Positions 15,652 through 20,000 of a DNA stretch of 20,000 nucleotides are shown one piece after another (position 1 is the stretch's first letter; each line of letters opens with the position of its first letter). The position numbers were made by a program, and so were the translations under genes. The stretch is from NCBI GenBank assembly GCA_030591685.1, contig JAUVAX010000008.1:50890-70889 (forward strand). The letters are read 5' to 3'. The DNA comes from Pseudobdellovibrionaceae bacterium. Its GTDB lineage: Bacteria; Bdellovibrionota; Bdellovibrionia; Bdellovibrionales; UBA1609. Under the pieces are notes generated by a model. It did no database searches. It was not told where the DNA came from and was given only the letters and a program-made list of their open reading frames with translations.

Positions 15652-17814
15652 TTAAATAGACTCTGTAACTATAGTTGATTTTGATAACATTTCTTGAACG
15701 TCTTCCCATTCGCGCACATTATCTGAGTCGTTATTGAGTACAAACTCAATAAATCTAATAGCATCGTAATAGTCTCTCTCTCCTTTGTCTCCAAAAGTAA
15801 CAGCAACTAGCTCTTTGTTAGAGGCTTTAAACTGTAACTTTAGGTACACAAACTCAGACAAGGAGTCACTGTCAGAGACTTTCGAAAGCAAATAAAGTAA
15901 AAACCCAACGCCATGACTTTTAAAGAGCTCATTTTTTCGAAGCCTTGAAAAGCTCTCAAGGCGCCCTTGATTGCTGCGCTTTTTGTTAAAGGTGACTCTT
16001 AAGTTATGAATGAGCTCGCGGCCCTCAGCGCCCGCAATTTTCTTAAGGGCGCTATACTTACCCTTTTCGTCAAAATGTCTTGGATCTACCGATGTCGACC
16101 GGCTTTTTCTGTATTCAGACTCAAAAACTCCGAGTACATCAGCATACCTATAAAATTCATACTCCATCACCTTACGCTGACTTAAAGGCCCATGATAATT
16201 GCCTCGACCAAAAGAAGGGGACTCCAGAGCATAAAGTGCTTTGTTGTGAAATAAATAATCCATGCGTATGTTCGCGTGATCTGCCGACTTTTTACTTAAC
16301 CATCCGGCTTTGTTGAGCTTTTCTTCAATGATATGTCTGTGCCCCTCAGTGGGTAAGATTTGTGAAATTCGATTTAAAATTAACTTTAATTCTTTAGAAG
16401 AGGCTTCACGGTCCTCATAGCTGTAAGAAAAACTAATGTTTATAAATTTATTTGGGTTTGCTGAGCGGTCAGATTTAAAAATGGCGCTGCTCGATTGAAA
16501 AACGCTTTCGTCCTCGCCCTCAGCAATGTGAAAGAGCTGCGCTAAAAGCCCTTGTTCTCTCTCGGACTTTCTCGTCCAAGAGGGGTAAACAAAATACTCT
16601 CGCACTTCAGAACCATCATTTTTAACACTCGTGAGAAAGTTTTTCCTATAAGACTCTTTTCTCTCGGCTTTAAAGGTAAGAAGGCCATAGCTAAACTTTC
16701 TTGTTCGTGACTCAGGGGAGTTAGAACCCTTAAACTTACGAATAACAGTTTTTTGTTCGCTCTCTTTTATAAGCATTTGCTCTTGAGCTAGAGTCTCAAG
16801 GTCCTCAATGTTACTTATAAGCATGTTTTTAATGTCAACTTTTCCTTTTAGAGGATTTGCCACTTTGAAAGAGTTTAATTTTTTAATAGAGTTGAAGATT
16901 TCGTCATAAGCTTTAGAGGCCGAATCTGAGGATAAATCAACGACATAATCTAAGGCAAAAATATCATCATTTGAACGAGCCAGTTTAAAATTAAACCAAT
17001 CGTCAATATCAGAGAGCTTAACGAGCTGTTTGTCTAAAAAACTAATACCAAGGATTTCAAGTTTTTTATCGGCACCAAATTTTGCAGAAAAACTTGTCCC
17101 TTTTTTTCGTAAACCAATGAGCTTAAGCCGTACACGGGAATCATTAAGCCTGTAAATATGAACCTGATACTGGCCTCCAATTAAATAACCAAATTTAGAG
17201 GAAGATTTAATAAGATCTCCGGCTAAAAACCATGTTTGCCCAACCCCTACAGATAAATTCATGTGCGCGCTAAACTTGACATAATCACCCGTTTTAAGTT
17301 CGAGTGCTTTTTTACTGGTTGTAGGTAGTTTTTTTGGAGTATAGGTGCTTTTGGGGCTACGAGCTTTACGGCCTGATTCAAATTGTTGTGTGAAAATAAT
17401 CTCGTTTCCGGCTGACATACCAATATAAAGAGGCATGTCATCGAGTAAATCACCAGGGGTCAATTGACCTTCTAGTTTATATCTATCTATACGAGTGAAG
17501 TACTCATCCCCTTTGTTTGGTTTTACTTTGTACTTGTATTTGAGACCAATTGTTAAAGCATCTGCCAACTCAAGATCAATAAGTTTAAGGCTTGCGCTGA
17601 TTTTTTGGTCATCTATGAATTTTCTAAACTTAGAAAACTTGGCTTTGTCACATTTTCGCTTGCTTGAGACTTCTTTTAGTTCACCTTGAACATTGCAGAC
17701 AATGTTTTTGTCCTTAGGTTTTAGGTCAATAAAATTAAACTTTCCAAAAGCATATGTGTTTAAACAAAAAAACAACAATATCGAAGAGGTAATAAGTTGG
17801 CTGAGTAGACTCAT
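15652..17814 (-). CDS. Hypothetical secreted protein (720 aa)
   Basis: Long ORF with AAGGAG RBS and Sec signal peptide (MSLLSQLITSSILLFFCLNTYA). Beta-strand-rich N-terminal two thirds. No family recognised. Confidence 0.88.
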   Translation of the reverse strand: MSLLSQLITSSILLFFCLNTYAFGKFNFIDLKPKDKNIVCNVQGELKEVSSKRKCDKAKFSKFRKFIDDQKISASLKLIDLELADALTIGLKYKYKVKPNKGDEYFTRIDRYKLEGQLTPGDLLDDMPLYIGMSAGNEIIFTQQFESGRKARSPKSTYTPKKLPTTSKKALELKTGDYVKFSAHMNLSVGVGQTWFLAGDLIKSSSKFGYLIGGQYQVHIYRLNDSRVRLKLIGLRKKGTSFSAKFGADKKLEILGISFLDKQLVKLSDIDDWFNFKLARSNDDIFALDYVVDLSSDSASKAYDEIFNSIKKLNSFKVANPLKGKVDIKNMLISNIEDLETLAQEQMLIKESEQKTVIRKFKGSNSPESRTRKFSYGLLTFKAERKESYRKNFLTSVKNDGSEVREYFVYPSWTRKSEREQGLLAQLFHIAEGEDESVFQSSSAIFKSDRSANPNKFINISFSYSYEDREASSKELKLILNRISQILPTEGHRHIIEEKLNKAGWLSKKSADHANIRMDYLFHNKALYALESPSFGRGNYHGPLSQRKVMEYEFYRYADVLGVFESEYRKSRSTSVDPRHFDEKGKYSALKKIAGAEGRELIHNLRVTFNKKRSNQGRLESFSRLRKNELFKSHGVGFLLYLLSKVSDSDSLSEFVYLKLQFKASNKELVAVTFGDKGERDYYDAIRFIEFVLNNDSDNVREWEDVQEMLSKSTIVTESI

Positions 17815-17916
17815 AAGATCTCCTTAAATATAATGTGCAAAGTATTTTGACCCATTATACATAGGTATATTTTTTTTAAAAAAAAATGTGATGAATTTGA
17901 AAACTCTTCAGTGTTG

Positions 17917-18225
17917 TCAGATATTTAACCCGTACATAGTCCTTTTTGGCTTTGAATTGGCGTATAAAACTATGTCCATGTTGCTTGGTGCCCTCTAGAG
18001 TTCAAAGACCTAGCCTTTTGCATAATCATAACCTACTCCATGTATTTGTGGCTGTAAGTTGGGGCTTAGAGCCTGAAGGGCATTTTCTTCGATGTGTATA
18101 CAGCCCTCGGAGCGAGTGATGCCCTTAATTGGTTTTTATAAGATTAAGCATAATGAGAACGTGTTTTTGTGTGCATGGGCACTACATGCAGTGATGAGAG
18201 TAAAAAAATATAGGTGTAAAAATTA
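17917..18225 (-). pseudogene. Possible decayed small gene remnant
   Basis: One minus-strand frame reads FFTLITACSAHAHKNTFSLCLIL*KPIKGITRSEGCIHIEENALQALSPNLQPQIHGVGYDYAKG*VFEL*RAPSNMDIVLYANSKPKRTMYGLNI*. It has a lipobox-like ITAC and coding-like composition but three internal stops and no start codon. Confidence 0.25.
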
Positions 18226-18278
18226 TAACTCCAGATATCTGGCTATGAGTCTTGACTTTTAGCGGGGGAAATAATAGC

Positions 18279-18306
18279 TAATGTTCTCTAATTATGTCGC
18301 CGATAA
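18279..18306 (+). promoter_or_regulatory. Sigma-28 (FliA) promoter upstream of csrA-fliW
   Basis: Perfect -10 GCCGATAA (18299-18306). -35 TAATGTTC (18279-18286) versus TAAAGTTT, with a 12-nt spacer (consensus 11). Confidence 0.65.
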
Positions 18307-18388
18307 CTGGCACATAGGGGTATTGATGGTTACTGCAAGAGACCCCCTTTAAAAGGTCTTTGACTAGGATGTTGAAGGAGATAACGTC

Positions 18389-18616
18389 ATGTTAGTTCTT
18401 ACAAGAAAGCTCGGAGAGAGCATTGCAATAGACGACCACATTAAGATAAGAGTGGTCCAAATTAAAGGTAAACAGGTTCGTCTTGGGATTGAAGCCCCAA
18501 AAGACACTAAAATTCATAGAGAAGAAGTCTATTTAGCCATTCAAACCCAGAATGAAGAGTCTGCAACGAGTCAGCCCGACAGCGCGCGCGCCGCATCAGA
18601 GCTTTTAAAGCCCTAA
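18389..18616 (+). CDS. csrA: Carbon storage regulator / translational regulator CsrA
   Basis: MLVLTRKLGESIAI...QVRLGIEAPKDTKIHREEVY; Arg44 present; C-terminal extension with Asn55 as in FliW-binding CsrAs. Strong AAGGAG RBS. Confidence 0.99.
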   Translation: MLVLTRKLGESIAIDDHIKIRVVQIKGKQVRLGIEAPKDTKIHREEVYLAIQTQNEESATSQPDSARAASELLKP

Positions 18617-18747
18617 AGCGGTTACTGCAACGCGTTTTTTGCAATTATTACATCTAGACCATTGTCTATAGGTAAATTTATTTTTACCATTATCTCTGAA
18701 GAGGTGTCTTAATATATGTAGAGGCCTTTAGCCTGGGGGTAGGATTC

Positions 18748-19287
18748 ATGCAAATCGAAACATCTAGATTTGGCTTAGTGGACATTGAAAAAGAAGACAT
18801 GGTGTTATTTCCCGAGGGGATCCTAGGGTTTAATACCTTAAGAACATTTATTTTTTTAGATGACCCCAATGACGACATATTTGCCTGGCTACAATCTGCT
18901 GAAAACTCAGAAATTGCCTTTCCTATTTTAGAGCCTGAGTTATTTGCGGAGGACTATACAGTTAAAATTTCAAAAAGTGATATGCAGGCCTTAAAGCTTA
19001 CGGACCCGAGCTCTGGTTACAGGGCGTTTACTATAATCACTATCCCTGAAGACCCCACTAAAATGACAGCTAATCTAAAAGCTCCAATTATAGTTAATGT
19101 TAAAAATAAGCTAGCTCGTCAATGTGTACTTCAGGACAATAAGCTGGCCATTTGTGAACCTATTTTTAATAAGCTTCAACAGCGCATGGTGCAGGCCCCT
19201 GAGACTTCTATAAAATCACAAACAAGTGAACTCAGTTTGTCCATCAAGTTACCTGAGAAAAAAAGAACTCTAGAAATTGTAAAATAA
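18748..19287 (+). CDS. fliW: Flagellar assembly factor FliW (CsrA antagonist)
   Basis: MQIETSRFG, FPEGILGF, FAWLQS and MTANLKAPIIVN motifs; directly after csrA. Confidence 0.98.
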   Translation: MQIETSRFGLVDIEKEDMVLFPEGILGFNTLRTFIFLDDPNDDIFAWLQSAENSEIAFPILEPELFAEDYTVKISKSDMQALKLTDPSSGYRAFTIITIPEDPTKMTANLKAPIIVNVKNKLARQCVLQDNKLAICEPIFNKLQQRMVQAPETSIKSQTSELSLSIKLPEKKRTLEIVK

Positions 19288-19453
19288 TTGCTTTAAACCA
19301 TTAAGTTTCACCGTTTGATAGTGGTGGCTCAGTCTTGCTCTCATCATTTGCGTCACTCTTTGCAAAACAAGTGGGCGTGTTAAAAATATTTCTTTTCTAG
19401 ATTGATTCGATTAAAAGTTGCTGAGCCATAGGAGTTATTTTAAGTGCTCGTCT

Positions 19454-19488
19454 AAAAAAAAAATGGGCTTCGATAAGAGCCCATTTTT
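19454..19488. terminator. Bidirectional Rho-independent terminator
   Basis: AAAAATGGGCT-TCGATAAG-AGCCCATTTTT hairpin flanked by A10 and T5 runs, between convergent fliW and the last ORF. Confidence 0.8.
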
Positions 19489-19515
19489 AAAGTTATAAAA
19501 TTAAATATTTAAAAA

Positions 19516-20000
19516 TTACTTTAAACGCATTTCAATTTCTTTAGAGCTGCTCGCCCGATCCACAAAAAATTCACTGCCTTGAACTTTAACCTTAAAAATA
19601 ACATAAGCAATTTTGTCTTTTGAGGTGATATCGTAGCCTGTATCTACGGTAAATTCACTGGTGTTATTCATTGAAATAAATACGGCCTTAGAGGTTCTTT
19701 TTTTAGAAATCAAGCAAAGAAAGCAGTCTCGTTTGGTTTTAACATCGATGCTTAGAGCCATCTGCCCTTTAAAAATATCGGCATATTTTTTATAATTACC
19801 AGTAACTCTAAATTTAGCCATTAACCGCGAGCCTTCTTTTGTCAAAACACCACTGATTGAGTTTCTGGGGTAAAACTTTTTTCTTTTACCGATAAGTGTA
19901 ATTTTTGAAAAGTCATCTGTGCGAGTGTGTTCTACAGTAGTAAATTTGTTGTACTTTGAGTGAGAAGTTACTGTAATTTGCCCAGAGTTATTCATAGAGA
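19516..20000 (-). CDS. Hypothetical protein (probably the C-terminal part; frame open to the window edge)
   Basis: At least 159 codons, beta-strand-like pattern, ends just before the terminator. No family recognised. Confidence 0.7.
   Translation of the reverse strand, partial: SMNNSGQITVTSHSKYNKFTTVEHTRTDDFSKITLIGKRKKFYPRNSISGVLTKEGSRLMAKFRVTGNYKKYADIFKGQMALSIDVKTKRDCFLCLISKKRTSKAVFISMNNTSEFTVDTGYDITSKDKIAYVIFKVKVQGSEFFVDRASSSKEIEMRLK

Noticed and set aside
18308..18323. TGGCAC upstream of csrA as a sigma-54 promoter
   Set aside because: No TTGC -12 element at the required spacing (reads GGTAT).
91..18878. Short antisense or alternate-frame ORFs in the ORF track (e.g. 91-357, 1277-1471, 4693-4902, 13557-13886, 15038-15271, 16080-16316, 18690-18878)
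   Set aside because: They overlap well-supported genes and have no recognisable motifs; most likely shadow ORFs.
19347..19364. Minus-strand GCAAAGAGTGACGCAAA resembling part of a c-di-GMP-I riboswitch
   Set aside because: The other required stems and motifs are not evident, and no gene lies downstream in that orientation.
1..20000. CRISPR arrays, tRNA/rRNA genes, IS elements, integrases
   Set aside because: No regularly spaced repeats, cloverleafs or recombinase/transposase motifs were seen.

Overview
Flagellar gene cluster, most likely from a Bdellovibrionota-like (deltaproteobacterial-type) bacterium; the taxonomy is inferred from gene order and protein style. The order is flgA (partial)-flgH-flgI-flgJ-flgM-flgN-flgK-flgL ... 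csrA-fliW. The usually adjacent flgL and csrA are separated by about 11.7 kb of accessory DNA. This DNA holds (i) a six-gene + strand operon (7055-15555) behind a well-formed sigma-54 promoter: four uncharacterised exported proteins (one lipoprotein, one with a pore-former/translocator-like hydrophobic segment), then a signal-peptide-bearing polymorphic toxin with a C-terminal bacterial EndoU RNase domain and its MafI-like immunity gene; and (ii) a convergent 720-aa secreted hypothetical protein. Separately, the flgI-flgJ intergenic region holds a highly structured element of about 200 nt with seven GGA motifs, several in hairpin loops, ending in a U9 tract. It resembles a CsrB/Rsm-type CsrA-sequestering RNA, in a locus that also encodes the protein antagonist FliW. 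All calls come from reading the sequence by eye; no database searches or folding programs were run.
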